Source: Candidatus Nanohalobium sp. (GTDB taxonomy: Archaea; Nanohalarchaeota; Nanosalinia; Nanosalinales; Nanosalinaceae). Taken from it: a stretch of 34,813 nucleotides of DNA. Below are positions 34,601 to 34,813 of this stretch, piece by piece. Where the stretch lies: NCBI GenBank assembly GCA_042216335.1, contig JBDGTY010000006.1, forward strand, positions 26,042 to 60,854, read 5' to 3'. Position 1 is the first letter of the stretch. Every line of letters starts with the position of its first letter. The position numbers were made by a program, and so were the translations under genes. The notes below the pieces were generated by a model, which was not told the DNA's origin, did not search any database, and saw nothing but the letters and a program-made list of their open reading frames with translations.

Positions 34601-34752
34601 GGGAGATCTTCGACCTTGATATTTCCGAGGAGGCGAAGCTTGAGATAATCGAAAACCTTGGAGAGTTCGAGTTCAGGATCAGCGAGGGCGGAAGCGCCGA
34701 CATCCAGATCGAGGCCTTCCTCGCCCAGATGGCAGACCTTGAGAACAACTGA
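31654..34752 (+). CDS. rfcS: Replication factor C small subunit containing an intein
   Basis: Start MIDVWTEKHRP (ATG 31654), GPAGTGK|TT, NASDERGID, FLDEAD, AQQALRRTME, IQSRC and GDLR. Spliced product 316 aa. Confidence 0.97.
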   Translation: MIDVWTEKHRPDKLSEVVGQENIVDRLEAFVENDEVPHMLFAGPAGTGKCLSGDTPVMVSNGELKPIKELVDERSDSEGFKDVDDLSIMSVDDSGDIVSADVSKVFKEDAKELVDVSAVNGFNHSVTPEHPVMVLRNGLPRWVKAGNIRKDDLIAVPEELNMEGKNRRFVDELDGDRFRAKLPEDFDVPTSEMFVGNKKRIVKAVEDGAESREEISQKASINRSKLASYLSDMECLKERESGFELKAENEENYASLSYCRAKGINSEKFMSLKYVNRFSRESRSINPVTEVSPELVEIASYLLAEGSFSGSRVRFYNNNEKLLERFSNLSKQVFGLEPVRKMDKGVPYLTFREGGTVGEILSQAFNFPFKEKKKSHKIEISNYITASTVECIRRFLRSYSDSEAYVSSQGVEITTASEKTASSITYMLKRLGIHSRIIKKNKSASNGKDIKREYQTILISGSRNLNKFKDEVGFLIEEKQKELKKRCEREDIPNHDIIDNNPDVYREILEKLGLRQDEVFEGKTWMLEKQTGSVGRIRAQEQMSKVVESSRDKISELMALKTQLEGFQKHLETYQKFDEEYGEIKNEIRDLETRNRVQEETGIRNDRTLEYSKGKRVADSGRIKTILKASKSEKTNTIEALERLPELQATIRKTIQESRLSYSEIGRKLGESSSNIQNILEGDINPPTVKKIPQIHKIVIKDLKKVLEDEELIQDLEKLSFMSKADLRWTRVKSVEESKNQKVYDLTVPETKNFVAGNAPTIAHNTTSAIALAKDLYGDSWKDNFMETNASDERGIDVVREKIKNFARTKSMGADYKIIFLDEADALTSDAQQALRRTMEQFSENCRFILSCNYSSKIIDPIQSRCAVFRFNRLDENDVKSYIERLGKEEDFKISEDAVEAVMRVAEGDLRRVTNILQTASINNDEIEEEDIYGIAASLRPDEIREILNDSLNGNFMDARDTLADLMIDRGLDGQDVIDSVHREIFDLDISEEAKLEIIENLGEFEFRISEGGSADIQIEAFLAQMADLENN
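31801..33948 (+). mobile_element. Large intein (716 aa) in the RFC Walker A motif, with LAGLIDADG endonuclease and extra HTH/helical insertions
   Basis: Starts CLSGDT, block B VTPEHP, endonuclease motifs ASYLLAEGS and RSYSDSEA, block F VYDLTV, ends AHN|T. Strongly A/T-rich relative to the 3' extein. Confidence 0.95.
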
Positions 34753-34758
34753 ATAATT

Positions 34759-34813
34759 ATGTGGGTGCAGAAGTATAGGCCGGAGACGCTGGACGAGTAC
34801 CGTGGTGCTTCCA
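34759..34813 (+). CDS. rfcL: Replication factor C large subunit, 5' fragment
   Basis: MWVQKYRPETLDEYRGAS (RFC box II W.EKYRP-like) 6 nt after the rfcS stop, matching the usual rfcS-rfcL order. Confidence 0.8.
   Translation, partial: MWVQKYRPETLDEYRGAS

Noticed and set aside
1-34813. CRISPR arrays, rRNA, tRNA and insertion sequences
   Set aside because: No regularly spaced DNA repeats, RNA gene signatures or transposase motifs were seen, and almost all sequence is protein-coding.

Overview
Compact, gene-dense chromosomal segment of a halophilic archaeon, most likely a DPANN nanohaloarchaeon (inferred from archaeal aRF1, RFC, AK6 and Lhr, very acidic cytoplasmic proteins, tiny intergenic spacers and apparently leaderless genes). 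The right two thirds are mostly housekeeping: aRF1, a LURP-one-like protein, an MBL hydrolase, DedA, dcd with a 474-aa intein, TatD, a NYN protein, a BatA/VWA pair, Lhr, a ThiF/UbaA-like protein, MscS, CutA, thioredoxin, AK6, rfcS with a 716-aa intein, and the start of rfcL. The left 11.6 kb is an uncharacterised cell-surface locus. It encodes a type I membrane protein with a ~430-aa extracellular region fused to a cytoplasmic FtsK/HerA-superfamily ATPase, followed by a long coiled-coil protein. Transcribed divergently are a signal-peptide-bearing, tail-fibre-like repeat protein with a C-terminal peptidase G2-type chaperone domain, a small secreted protein, and a membrane-anchored protein carrying a paralogous copy of that small protein. 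This locus is the best candidate for an undescribed host-attachment or transfer apparatus. No rRNA, tRNA, CRISPR array or transposase was seen.
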